64,000 nucleotides of DNA from an uncultured Gemmatimonadales bacterium (GCA_963850905.1 CAWKMU010000003.1:2752001-2816000), one strand, 5' to 3'; shown: positions 40,466 to 49,756, counted from the stretch's first letter. The notes: generated by a model from the letters alone, not told the origin. Translations and numbers: made by a program.

Positions 40466-40706
40466 ACAGTCCCTCCTTATTGCGTAACCCTCGTCCAGCG
40501 CGCGATCGTGCCCGACCACACGTGGTAATCTCCTTTCGCCTTTCTCCTCTCTCTCCTCTACGAGCCGCGCAGCGGCAAGTCCCCCTACGGCCTCGTGCGG
40601 GGTCTGGTTTCGCGCACGTCGATCACCGGCTCGACAGGCATCAGTTTGGGACCGTCCGGCCGGGTCCGGCTTGCCGAAGCGCTCACAGCCTGCGAATACT
40701 CTGGAT

Positions 40707-41747
40707 ATGAGACACCTTGCCTCGCTTGGGCTGCGGAGCGACGGTCGCCGCCTGTCGATTCTCGACCAAACACAGTTGCCCGATCGCGAGGTGTGGCTGG
40801 ACGCGACCGCGCCGGACACGATGATTGGCCACATCCAGCGATTGAGTGTACGCGGCGCGCCGTTGATCGGAGTCGCCGCCGCCCTCGCGCTCGCGTACCT
40901 GGCCGAGCAAGGTGCCGATGAGGAGCAGTGGCGATCAGCCGCCGAACGACTCAGACGGGCGCGACCGACCGCCGTCAACTTGATGCACGCGATTGATCGC
41001 CTCCTGCGCTCGGCAGGGCCGGCCTTCAATGTCCCGGCGATTATCGCGCAAGCGGAAACGATCTTCGATGAGGACGTGGTGCTCTGCGAGGCCATGGCCA
41101 CGCACGGCGTGACGCTGATCGGGCAGGGAGAGGGCATTCTCACCCACTGCAACACGGGTGGATTGGCGACCGTGGGGATCGGGACCGCGCTCGGCGTGAT
41201 TCGCCGCGCTCACGAGTCGGGTCGCGGCATCCACGTCTATGTGGATGAGACTCGTCCCCTGTTGCAGGGCGCGCGATTGACGACGTGGGAGCTCGCGCAG
41301 CTGGGCGTCCCGTACACGCTCGTCACGGACAACATGGCCCCGATTCTCATGCGGGAAGGCCGCATTCAACGGGTGCTGGTAGGTGCCGACCGGATCGCGC
41401 GCAACGGCGATGTCGCCAACAAAGTGGGGACGTATGGCGTCGCGGTAGCCGCGAACCACCACGGCATTCCTTTTCACGCCGTCGCGCCGTGGACGACAGT
41501 CGATCTGTCCTGCCCGGATGGCGCGGGCATCCCCATCGAGGAGCGAAAGAGCGATGAAGTACGGGGGGCTCGAGGGAGTTTCGGCTCGATTCGGTGGAGC
41601 CCGGTCGATGCGCAGACCTACAATCCCGCGTTCGACGTGACGCCGGCGAGCCTCGTCAGTGCCCTGGTCCTCGACCGGGGAATCGTGCGTAGCGGGATGA
41701 AGCTGGAGGAATTCGCGGAACGACCCGTTATCGGTTCCGCGCGGTAA
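40707..41747 (+). CDS. mtnA: S-methyl-5-thioribose-1-phosphate isomerase
   Basis: LDQTQLP, VRGAPLIG, RPTAVNL, LTHCNTG, DETRP, GADRI, NKVG, NPAFDVTP. Confidence 0.96.
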   Translation: MRHLASLGLRSDGRRLSILDQTQLPDREVWLDATAPDTMIGHIQRLSVRGAPLIGVAAALALAYLAEQGADEEQWRSAAERLRRARPTAVNLMHAIDRLLRSAGPAFNVPAIIAQAETIFDEDVVLCEAMATHGVTLIGQGEGILTHCNTGGLATVGIGTALGVIRRAHESGRGIHVYVDETRPLLQGARLTTWELAQLGVPYTLVTDNMAPILMREGRIQRVLVGADRIARNGDVANKVGTYGVAVAANHHGIPFHAVAPWTTVDLSCPDGAGIPIEERKSDEVRGARGSFGSIRWSPVDAQTYNPAFDVTPASLVSALVLDRGIVRSGMKLEEFAERPVIGSAR

Positions 41748-42255
41748 TCTCTCCGCAGGCTACGCGAGGATCGGTTCCGGGGCGACCGCCGCTGCCAGCG
41801 GTGTGAACATCGATATGGTAGAAGTTGAGAGCGGGATCGATGAAGGGGAATGAGCCCGTAGCCGTGCCGCGCCCGTGGGTATCGACGGCGAGTGGGGCGT
41901 ATTCGCTCGGAGGTCCTGCGGGTTCGGGTGCGGAGCAGATGCCGAGGCGGATGTGCCAGAGGTACGCCTGGCTGGGGTCGAGCCCGGTCAGGAAGAGGAG
42001 CACCGATGCTTTCTGCGTACTGGCGTTGATGGAAATGTCGGCGCGACCCTTACTCATCGTCGTGGCGCTGTCCGGTAGCGTGCTGGTCGGTGGCGCGAGG
42101 ACCGCGACCCAGTAGTCGGACACGGGGGCGTCGAGATCGCCGCTCGCCGATGGCGTGACGAATCGGACCGCGGGGGCATGGTGCGCACAAGCGGCAGCGG
42201 CGAGAAGCTCGACAACAGCGAGAGAGGCTACAAGGCGGACGCGAGCTGACGGCAT
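41728..42255 (-). CDS. CHRD / Cu,Zn-SOD-fold-like lipoprotein
   Basis: Lipobox LAAAAC; WHIRLGIC, YHIDVH, VACGEI. Confidence 0.65.
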   Translation of the reverse strand: MPSARVRLVASLAVVELLAAAACAHHAPAVRFVTPSASGDLDAPVSDYWVAVLAPPTSTLPDSATTMSKGRADISINASTQKASVLLFLTGLDPSQAYLWHIRLGICSAPEPAGPPSEYAPLAVDTHGRGTATGSFPFIDPALNFYHIDVHTAGSGGRPGTDPRVACGEITARNR

Positions 42256-42302
42256 CGTCGGACGTGCTGAGCAGCATTCGTGCGAGAGAGGGACATGGGT
42301 TC

Positions 42303-42331
42303 TTGCTTTCGGTGTTTATTCGGTATAACGT
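42303..42331 (+). promoter_or_regulatory. Sigma70-type promoter (TTGCTT-N17-TAACGT) overlapped by a TTCGGT direct repeat; candidate SOS operator
   Basis: TTCGGT at 42308 and 42319 (11-bp period) in the promoter spacer upstream of imuA. Confidence 0.6.
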
Positions 42332-42411
42332 ATACCCCCTTTCTCGCTCACCTGGTTTGGCGCACACCCCTCGATCCCGCCTCTCACCTGCTGCGTTCTT
42401 CGGAGCGTTCT

Positions 42412-43098
42412 CTGTCGTCGCCCGCCGAGTTACGTGCCATCCTGCGCGAGCAATTTCCCGATGCGGTGCCTGTCCCGCAACGCACGGCGGAGCCTGTTGC
42501 GTTGGGGGTGCCGGGGTTGGAGCGGGCGTTCCCCGCGGGCGGGCTCCCACGGAGCCGGCTGACCGCGTGGATGCCGCAAGGCGGAGCCATGGCCATCCTG
42601 CGCGCGAGCTGTCACAACTTGCTCGCGCTTGGCGAGCGCACCGCGTGGATTGATGGCGCGCACACGGTAGGTCCGTGTTGGCAGGAGGGGCCGCTCCTCA
42701 TTCGTCCCTCTGGACGCATCAACGCGTTGCGGTGGGGGGAGGGACTCTTGCGCTGTGGGGGGTTCGCGTTGGTCGTGCTTGCGGGTGTCGAGCCGCAAGG
42801 CACGGAGACGGTGCGTCTCGCGCGAGCGGTCCACGAAGGAGGTGGTGCGTTCGTCGCGTTGACCACGAGCGCCGTCATGGCTGCGCTCCGTGTGACTTCG
42901 CGAGTCCTGCCGCACAGCTACGAGTGGCTTCAGGGGCCATTTGCCGATCCGGCGGCGGCACGAGCCGCGACGGTCAATGTGCGTGTCCGCGCGCCCGGCT
43001 GGAATGAGTCGGTGCGCGTCGTCCTTCCGGTCACCCCGTATGACCTTCGTCTGTCTTTGGATCCCGGACTGGTCGACCGCCGCGGCGTCGACCGCTGA
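42412..43098 (+). CDS. imuA: ImuA-like RecA-fold protein; start uncertain (ORF open from 42280)
   Basis: LGVPGLERAFPAGGLPRSRLT, AWIDG, LLRCGGFALVV; first gene of the cassette. Confidence 0.8.
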   Translation: MSSPAELRAILREQFPDAVPVPQRTAEPVALGVPGLERAFPAGGLPRSRLTAWMPQGGAMAILRASCHNLLALGERTAWIDGAHTVGPCWQEGPLLIRPSGRINALRWGEGLLRCGGFALVVLAGVEPQGTETVRLARAVHEGGGAFVALTTSAVMAALRVTSRVLPHSYEWLQGPFADPAAARAATVNVRVRAPGWNESVRVVLPVTPYDLRLSLDPGLVDRRGVDR

Positions 43099-44422
43099 AG
43101 CCCCGGCGCTCGATCTGGTCACGGAGGCTCTCCTGCGTATTGCGCCGCGTGTGACGGTCGCTGCGTCCGGATTGATCTGGGCCGATGCGCGAGGACTCCC
43201 GGAGCGCGCGTTGGCCACGTCGTTGTGTGAGGCGGTCCGACGCATAGGGGCGACGCATGCGTCGCCCGCCGTTGAACACACACGACAATCCGACAATCCA
43301 CCCATCAACGTGCGGGCCGGCGTCGCACGGATGCCCGTCGTTGCCGAAGTCGCGGCACGATACGGGACGGAGCAAGTGACGCTCGTGCCGCCTGGCGAGG
43401 ATCGCGGATTCCTCGCGCCGCACCCACTCTCGGTATTGCGCGACGTGGTCGAAACGGATCCGATGCTGCTTTCGCTCCTGGCCGGTCTTGGGATCGAGTC
43501 GTGTGGAGATCTGGCGGTGCTCGGACGCGAAGAGATCGAAGTCCGGTGCGGGGTCGCAGGGATTCGACTCTGGCGGTTGGCGCGGGCAGAGGATCGGCGC
43601 CGTCCATTTGGCGCGTTCCCTCGCTCACTCCCCCGCGCATCGTGTGCGTGGACGGATTATGCATTGCGCGACGCGGAGCGTCTGCTCTTTGTGATTCGCC
43701 GGCTGGTCGCGCACGTGTGTGAAGCACTGCGAGCACAGGGTGAGGGGGCGCGGGCGATCACGCTCCGGTTCGCACTCGCCAATCGCACGGTCGTCGATCA
43801 CCCCTGCCGGGCGGCTCACCCGACCGCGGATCACGCGGCTTGGCTCCGAATCATCCGAACGGATCTCGAGCGTCTCCGCTTCCGGGATGCAGTCACGGGC
43901 ATCACCGTCCGTGTCACAGCGGCGGCTCCGACCCTCGGCAGTCAGGGAGATATCTTCGATCGCGGATTCGCGACAGCACGAGCGACGGAACAAGCGGTCG
44001 CGCAGCTCCTCGATGCATGTGGAACTGACGCCGGCATACTCACCATCTCCGATCATCCGCTCCTGGACCGTCGAGCCCAGTGGCAGGTCCGAGAGCCTGG
44101 CGCTCTGGCAGCGTGGTCGCTCGGGTCGAGCAGGGAATCGACCGCTCCTGCGCCGAGTCTCACCGTGCAACTCTTGCCGGCTCCTCGGAAAGTGCGGGTC
44201 GTGACGACGGAGAGGCGCGATCATGCCGTACCTGTGCGCTATCACGATGGCGAGGTCGCGATCGATGTGCTCATGGCAGTCGGACCTGATTACGTCGACG
44301 GCGGATCTTGGGATGGAGCGCCGTACGCGCGTGGCTACTTCCATTGTGTGACTGGTGATGGTCGACTCGTGCTGATGTTCCAGGCGGGTGAGGAGTGGTT
44401 TCTCCATGGCTGGTGGGACTGA
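43040..44422 (+). CDS. imuB: ImuB, inactive Y-family polymerase-like protein
   Basis: FVCLWIP, APRV, WADARG, LGIESCGDLA, C-terminal GP..GGSW...WFLHGWWD; overlaps dnaE2. Confidence 0.88.
   Translation: MTFVCLWIPDWSTAAASTAEAPALDLVTEALLRIAPRVTVAASGLIWADARGLPERALATSLCEAVRRIGATHASPAVEHTRQSDNPPINVRAGVARMPVVAEVAARYGTEQVTLVPPGEDRGFLAPHPLSVLRDVVETDPMLLSLLAGLGIESCGDLAVLGREEIEVRCGVAGIRLWRLARAEDRRRPFGAFPRSLPRASCAWTDYALRDAERLLFVIRRLVAHVCEALRAQGEGARAITLRFALANRTVVDHPCRAAHPTADHAAWLRIIRTDLERLRFRDAVTGITVRVTAAAPTLGSQGDIFDRGFATARATEQAVAQLLDACGTDAGILTISDHPLLDRRAQWQVREPGALAAWSLGSSRESTAPAPSLTVQLLPAPRKVRVVTTERRDHAVPVRYHDGEVAIDVLMAVGPDYVDGGSWDGAPYARGYFHCVTGDGRLVLMFQAGEEWFLHGWWD
43244..43277 (+). repeat. REP copy inside imuB, translated as IGATHASPAVE
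   Basis: ATAGGGGCGACGCATGCGTCGCCCGCCGTTGAAC. Confidence 0.8.
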
Positions 44423-47400
44423 CGCGGGCGCTAACGCGCCGTATGTCGAGCTCCGCGCCCACAGCGCGTTTTCGTTCGGGGACGGCACGGCCACACCGGA
44501 GGCGCTCGTTGATACGGCGGCGAAGCTGGGATACTCGGCGCTCGGGCTCACCGATGTCGCCGACTTCGGAGGGGTCGTCCGATTCGCGCTCGCGGCGTGG
44601 GAGGCAGGGATTACGCCACTCATCGGCGCGGAGCTCATCGTCGATGGCGCACCCATCGCGCTGCTCGCACGGACGAGCGAAGGCTGTCGCAATATTGCCG
44701 CGCTCATCACTCGCGCACGCGCGGGATGTCTCCGCACGTGGGACGGCCGCTTCGCGGCCGAGAAAGGGGAAAGGAGAAAGGGGAAAGGAGACGACAGCCG
44801 GCCACGGACCGGTAGGGGCGACGCATTGCGTCGCCCTCTGGCACCGCCCGACACGATTTCTGATGGGCGGGTAGGGGCGACGCATGCGTCGCCCTCTGGC
44901 ACCGTCCACACGATTTCGCGTCCGTCACGCGGGCGGCCTCGCGTGACGTGGCAGGATGTCGTGGATCGCAGCGCCGGAGTGTTCGCGTTCACAGGGCCGC
45001 CTTCGGGTGCGCTTGCGACTCACCTCCGCGCGGGTGATCGGGACGCAGCCGAGCGACAGCTCACGACCTGGCGGTCGGTCTTCGGTGACTCGTGTGCGGT
45101 GGAGGTTCACCTCCACCATGCTGGACGTTCCGAGGCGGCACTGGTCGGTGCACTGATCGAAGTGGCAGAGCGGGCCGGTGTGCCATGGGTCGTAGCCAAC
45201 GCTCCGCGGTATGTGAGTGAAGACGGTCGCCTCGCTCACGACATGCTCACCGCGTTGCGTGCCGGGATGGATCTGGACGCGGCAGCGGCCAACGGCCTGT
45301 TGCTGCCAAACGGCGCGTGGGGACTGCGCGCGCCCGCGGACATGGCCGCAATGTGGCGAGGCCGCGAGCAGGGGTTGGAGACGAGCGCGCGGATTGCGGC
45401 CGCCTGTGATCCGTTCTCGCTCGATTGGTTGCGACCCCCACTGCCGACATATCCATTGCCCGAGCGCTACCCCGATGACAACAGCTATCTCCGGCGTTGC
45501 GTGTACGACGGGGCGGTCGAGCGATGGGGACACGCACTGACTGACGCGCAGACGCGGCAACTCGAGCACGAGTTGGACGTCATTGCACGGCTCGGGTTCG
45601 CCGGGTTTTTCCTCGTCATGTGGGATGCTGCGCGGTTCGCGGACTCACTGGGCATTCTCGCTCAGGGGCGTGGCAGTGCCGCCAATTCAGCCGCGGCGTA
45701 CTGTTTGGGGATCACGGCCGTCGATCCCGTTGCCAACGGCCTCCTCTTCGAGCGGTTTCTCTCCGAGTCCCGTGTCGGTGGACAAACCGAAGCGCCGGAT
45801 ATCGACATCGACATCGAGCACGACCGCCGGGAAGAGGTGCTCGACTACATGTATGGTCGGTACGATCGCGCGCATGCTGCGATCACCGGGATGGTGCAGA
45901 CCTATCGCGCCCCCAACGCCGCGCTCGACGTCATGCGTGCGCTCGGCTATCCGGCCTCGCTCGCATTCCAGATCTCCAAACGCGTGCACTCGTACGAGCC
46001 AGCCGATGGAGCGGCGTATATCCAATCGGAGCTCGGTCGGCGAGTCGGGCTCGATGTCGACGGCCCACGGGGGCAGGCGTTGATGCGTGCCATGGCAGCG
46101 TTGGAGGGCGTGCCGCGGATGCGATCGACGCATCCCGGTGGATTCGTGCTCTCCTCGGCGCCACTCGGCGACTATCTGCCCATCGAGCCCACCGCGATGG
46201 GCCGCACCGTCGTACAGTTCGACAAGGACGATCTCGACCGGATCGGCGTGCCGAAGTTCGACTTCCTCGGACTCGGTGCACTCTCACTGGTGCGACGTGC
46301 GTTCGACTACCTCGAGCACCGAACGGGTTATCGACCGTCCATGTACCGGCTCCCGACCGATGACCGAGCCACCTATCAATTGATCTCCAAAGGCGACACG
46401 GTCGGGACGTTCCAGATCGAGAGTCGGGCACAGATCTCGTCGATCGTCCACACGTGTCCCGAGCGGATGTACGATATCGTCGTGCAAGTCGCACTGATTC
46501 GACCCGGTCCAATTCAAGCGCGTTTTGTCCATCCCTACACGCGCCGCCGGCGTGGGCTGGAACCCGTTACGTATCGCCATCCGGCACTCGTCCCCATTCT
46601 CGCACGTACGCAAGGCATCCCGATTTTTCAGGAGCAGGCGATGGCGATCGCCCGCGATCTGGGCGGGTACACCGGCGCGCAGGCGGATGAATTGCGACGC
46701 ACGATGGGGAACACACGGAAGCTGCCACGGCTTCGCGCAGCGCTGGATCGGTTGCGCCAGCGCATGGAAGGACAGGGCATCGAACCCGATGTAGCGGCCG
46801 AAATCGTGACGGATCTCCAGAGCTTCGCCAATTATGGGTTCCCGGAGTCCCATGCGTGGAGTTTTGCGCTCATCGCGTACGCCACGGCCTTCCTCAAGGC
46901 ACACCATCCCGCGGAGTTTTTTGCCGCGCTGCTCAATTCCTGGCCGATGGGATTTTATCCGGTGTCGACACTGATCCACGACGCCCTTCGGCGTGGGGTC
47001 GAAGTCCGCGGGCCGTGTCTCCGCGATGGAGATTGGGAGTGCACCATCGAAGAGACGGACTGTCGTGAGCGGCCCGCGCTGCGCATTGGATGGCGACAGG
47101 TGCGCGGGGTTGGTGAGACCGCGATCGATACGCTCCGCACGGCGCGTGACCGATCGCAAGGCGGGGAGCCATTTCGTTCGATTGCGGACGCCGTGTCGCG
47201 GGCCTCGCTCGATGACCAGACAGCGGCCGCATTGGCCCGAGCCGGCGCGTTCGGTGCATGGGAGCCCGACCGGCGGCGCGCAGGCTGGGAAGCGCTACGG
47301 GTGGCGGGTGACCGACTGCCGCTCGCGCCTGCCCGGTCAGGAGACGGGACGGGACGCTTCGCGCCCCGCACCCTCACGCGCGATGAGCGAATCGCGCTGG

Positions 47401-47792
47401 ACTACCATGCGATCGGACTCACCACGGCCGGTCACCCCATGGAACGGTTCCGTCAGCGACTCCGAACGCTCGGTGCCATCGACAGCCAGGACCTGCAGGC
47501 GTGCCAGGGAGGTGAACAGGTACTCATGGGCGGGCTCGTGACGATCCGGCAGCGTCCGCAGAGCGCGAAGGGGACGGTGTTCCTCCTTCTGGAGGATGAA
47601 TGGGGAGTGGCGAACGTCATCGTCTCGCGCCGCATGGATGAACGCTTCGGTGAAGAGGTCCGCCACGCATTGTTTCTGCTCATCTATGGCCGCGTGGAAC
47701 GCGATGGCGCGCAAGTCAGCATCATCGGTCAGCGATTCGAGCCGCTCGCGTCCGAGCGCCCCCTCACCCACCATGCACGCAGCTTCCGATGA
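44406..47792 (+). CDS. dnaE2: Error-prone DNA polymerase DnaE2 (ImuC)
   Basis: PHP motif ELRAHSAFSF, GRGSAANS, PDIDIDIE, KFDFLGL, FQIESRAQ, YGFPESHA, OB-fold RQRP..AKG, C-terminal RSFR. Confidence 0.96.
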   Translation: MAGGTDAGANAPYVELRAHSAFSFGDGTATPEALVDTAAKLGYSALGLTDVADFGGVVRFALAAWEAGITPLIGAELIVDGAPIALLARTSEGCRNIAALITRARAGCLRTWDGRFAAEKGERRKGKGDDSRPRTGRGDALRRPLAPPDTISDGRVGATHASPSGTVHTISRPSRGRPRVTWQDVVDRSAGVFAFTGPPSGALATHLRAGDRDAAERQLTTWRSVFGDSCAVEVHLHHAGRSEAALVGALIEVAERAGVPWVVANAPRYVSEDGRLAHDMLTALRAGMDLDAAAANGLLLPNGAWGLRAPADMAAMWRGREQGLETSARIAAACDPFSLDWLRPPLPTYPLPERYPDDNSYLRRCVYDGAVERWGHALTDAQTRQLEHELDVIARLGFAGFFLVMWDAARFADSLGILAQGRGSAANSAAAYCLGITAVDPVANGLLFERFLSESRVGGQTEAPDIDIDIEHDRREEVLDYMYGRYDRAHAAITGMVQTYRAPNAALDVMRALGYPASLAFQISKRVHSYEPADGAAYIQSELGRRVGLDVDGPRGQALMRAMAALEGVPRMRSTHPGGFVLSSAPLGDYLPIEPTAMGRTVVQFDKDDLDRIGVPKFDFLGLGALSLVRRAFDYLEHRTGYRPSMYRLPTDDRATYQLISKGDTVGTFQIESRAQISSIVHTCPERMYDIVVQVALIRPGPIQARFVHPYTRRRRGLEPVTYRHPALVPILARTQGIPIFQEQAMAIARDLGGYTGAQADELRRTMGNTRKLPRLRAALDRLRQRMEGQGIEPDVAAEIVTDLQSFANYGFPESHAWSFALIAYATAFLKAHHPAEFFAALLNSWPMGFYPVSTLIHDALRRGVEVRGPCLRDGDWECTIEETDCRERPALRIGWRQVRGVGETAIDTLRTARDRSQGGEPFRSIADAVSRASLDDQTAAALARAGAFGAWEPDRRRAGWEALRVAGDRLPLAPARSGDGTGRFAPRTLTRDERIALDYHAIGLTTAGHPMERFRQRLRTLGAIDSQDLQACQGGEQVLMGGLVTIRQRPQSAKGTVFLLLEDEWGVANVIVSRRMDERFGEEVRHALFLLIYGRVERDGAQVSIIGQRFEPLASERPLTHHARSFR
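44760..44917 (+). repeat. In-frame insert in dnaE2: purine heptamer run plus two direct REP-containing units (59-bp period)
   Basis: gagaaaggggaaaggagaaaggggaaagg; units at 44811 and 44870: ggtaggggcgacgca(t)tgcgtcgccctctggcaccgYcc(g)acacgatttc. Confidence 0.88.
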
Positions 47793-47796
47793 GGGA

Positions 47797-47930
47797 CTAG
47801 AGGCAGGACGCTGGACGCTAAATGTTGGGAAGACAACCTCGAGGCGAGCCACGGTGCGTCCAGCCAGCCTCGAGGTTTGTTTTCCAACGTCTAGCGTCTA
47901 GCGTCCATCGTTAGCGTCTAATGTCCAACC
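47797..47930. repeat. Hairpin element (GTTGGGAAGACAACCTCGAGGC...GCCTCGAGGTTTGTTTTCCAAC) flanked by inverted GGACGCT/GCGTCTA heptamers; probable terminator of imuABC
   Basis: Arms at 47824-47845 and 47867-47888; paralogous copy at 49757-49856. Confidence 0.78.
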
Positions 47931-47939
47931 TAGTACGTA

Positions 47940-47968
47940 TTGACACCATATGTTTCCCGGCCTAGTGT
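47940..47968 (+). promoter_or_regulatory. Sigma70-type promoter TTGACA-N17-TAGTGT
   Basis: Consensus -35, 17-nt spacer, TAnnnT -10, upstream of the 48014 gene. Confidence 0.6.
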
Positions 47969-48013
47969 AGGCACAGATCGGTTGACCTTGCCCCACGTCT
48001 TGTGGAGGGTCCT

Positions 48014-48607
48014 GTGCGTCACCTGCCTTCGATCCAGCCGACTGCTTTCGCCGTCACCGCGTTGGTCGCCTCGCTCGCGTGCGCTTCATCGAATAGCAAT
48101 AATCAGCCGGACTCGAACATCACCACCCGACAGCTTTCGAGCCCGGGGTCGCGGCCGATCGAGACGACGGACATGAACAGTGTGGACTTTGTCCCCGTGA
48201 AAGGCTCGCCGGTCGAAGCGATGACGGCGCTGACCCAGATCTACGCGCAGATGCAAATCCCGATTGCGACGATGATCCAGGATGCCGGCCAGATCGGGAA
48301 TCAGAACCTTCGTGTCGCGTCGCACCGCCTGCACGGTCACATGATCTCGTTCTATCTCAACTGTGGTCAGGAATCGATGGTCGGCAGCCGCGCGGACCTC
48401 GACGAAGTCACGATCTCCATCCTCACGAACGTCAAGACGCGCGACAGCGTAACCGTCGTCGGCACGACCGTGCAGGGATGGGCACGCCCATCGGGCACGA
48501 GCAGCAACCCGGTCGACTGCGAGAGCACGGGCGAGCTGGAGAAAGCCATTGCCACGCAGGCCCAGAATGCCCTGGGCGTCCCGACTGCCGTGACCAAGTC
48601 CGAGTAG
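48014..48607 (+). CDS. Hypothetical lipoprotein
   Basis: GGAGGG RBS, GTG 48014, lipobox ASLAC; YLNCG and CESTGELE Cys pair. Confidence 0.8.
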   Translation: MRHLPSIQPTAFAVTALVASLACASSNSNNQPDSNITTRQLSSPGSRPIETTDMNSVDFVPVKGSPVEAMTALTQIYAQMQIPIATMIQDAGQIGNQNLRVASHRLHGHMISFYLNCGQESMVGSRADLDEVTISILTNVKTRDSVTVVGTTVQGWARPSGTSSNPVDCESTGELEKAIATQAQNALGVPTAVTKSE

Positions 48608-48640
48608 CGCCGCATGGCCCTCGCCTGGCCTGAGCCGGGA

Positions 48641-49084
48641 CTACCCTCGGGCATGATCGGGTCGTAAGACCTCGGCCGAGCGCAGGTAGACGTGCGCGAT
48701 CTTCGCGCGCGGCCGCGTCGTCTGCACGTGCAGCAGTACACGAATGCATTGCCCCAGTGCCCCGGGGACGGGGATTTCCATGGTACACAAGAGCGGCACG
48801 TCGAGCCACCCCATTTGACGCGCCGCGAGCGCAGGGAACGCGCTCCTCAGATCCGGCGTGACGGTGAAGATCACGCTGATGATGTCATCAGTCGCGATCG
48901 CGTTCCGCGCGACAATCGTCGAGAGTAGTTCCTGTGTCGCCTCGTAGATCGCGGCCGGCTCATCGCGAGCGACGCTGATCGCGCCCCGAATAGCTCGAAG
49001 CTGCGCCCGCTTCGGCGGACGCCCGGCTGGCGCCGACCGGCCGCGTTTGGCCTTGCCCACTGGCGACGATCGGGATCGGGGCAT
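48641..49084 (-). CDS. aroH: Chorismate mutase, AroH type
   Basis: RAIRGA, IISVIFTVTPDL..FPA, PLLC..EI.VPG...CIR, HVYL..A..LRPD. Confidence 0.94.
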   Translation of the reverse strand: MPRSRSSPVGKAKRGRSAPAGRPPKRAQLRAIRGAISVARDEPAAIYEATQELLSTIVARNAIATDDIISVIFTVTPDLRSAFPALAARQMGWLDVPLLCTMEIPVPGALGQCIRVLLHVQTTRPRAKIAHVYLRSAEVLRPDHARG

Positions 49085-49089
49085 TACGA

Positions 49090-49340
49090 CAGGGGTCAGG
49101 GGTCAGGGGTCAGAGAGCAGCGCGCAGGGAGCCGGGAACAGGAACCGCCAACAAGGAACCGGGAACGCGGCCCGCGATGCAGGAAACGACAACAAATCTG
49201 AACGCCCGGGTATCCCTATCAAATCAGGAGGGCCAGCGACGACGTCGCTGGCCCTCCTTCATTCCCTCACCCCTGACCCCTGACCCCGCCTGTGCCGTCC
49301 CGCCCTTTCAGTTCCCAGACCCCAGACCCCAGACCCCTGT
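49090..49340. repeat. Intergenic element of nested heptamer arrays (AGGGGTC x3 ... GGAAC-type ... CCCTGAC, CCCAGAC)
   Basis: caggggtcaggggtcaggggtcag ... ccctcacccctgacccctgacccc ... cccagaccccagaccccagacccc. Confidence 0.75.
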
Positions 49341-49343
49341 CCG

Positions 49344-49658
49344 TTACCGCCAGTGCCCCTCGACCCAGAAAAACCCACCTTCGCGGCGCACCCAGTGGCC
49401 GGCGACCCACTCGTGGTACCCGGCCGGAGCCTGCGCCCAGTGGCCGGTCATCCAGACGTAGCGCTCACCGTCCCAACGGTAGTGCCCGCCAACCCAGAGA
49501 TACTCCGGGCCCGGCTGGGCCGGGACGACCTCGACGACGTCGGCCGGTGGGGCGGCGACCACATAAACCGCGTGCGGTCGCGGCGGCGGTGCAACGCATC
49601 CCATCGAGGCCAGTGCTACGCCGCACAGCGACACCCGAATAAGCCGTGTGACCATCAT
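49344..49658 (-). CDS. WXXGXW (YXWGXW) repeat lipoprotein
   Basis: Lipobox ASMGC; WVGGHY, WMTGHW, WVAGHW, WVEGHW. Confidence 0.9.
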   Translation of the reverse strand: MMVTRLIRVSLCGVALASMGCVAPPPRPHAVYVVAAPPADVVEVVPAQPGPEYLWVGGHYRWDGERYVWMTGHWAQAPAGYHEWVAGHWVRREGGFFWVEGHWR

Positions 49659-49756
49659 CGGACGATGCCTCAATGCGATAGTTGTGGAGCCCGAAAACGC
49701 TTGCGACCCCATGCATTGAGTAAGACGGCTAGGCCGGCCAAAGGTTAAGGGGAGGG

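Noticed and set aside
40466..41155. N-terminal half of ORF 39893-41155
   Set aside because: Antisense to mtnA; RBS and lipobox place the start at 40465
44811..44917. Possible mini CRISPR array
   Set aside because: Only two units, near-identical through the would-be spacer, inside dnaE2, with no cas genes; it matches the REP family instead
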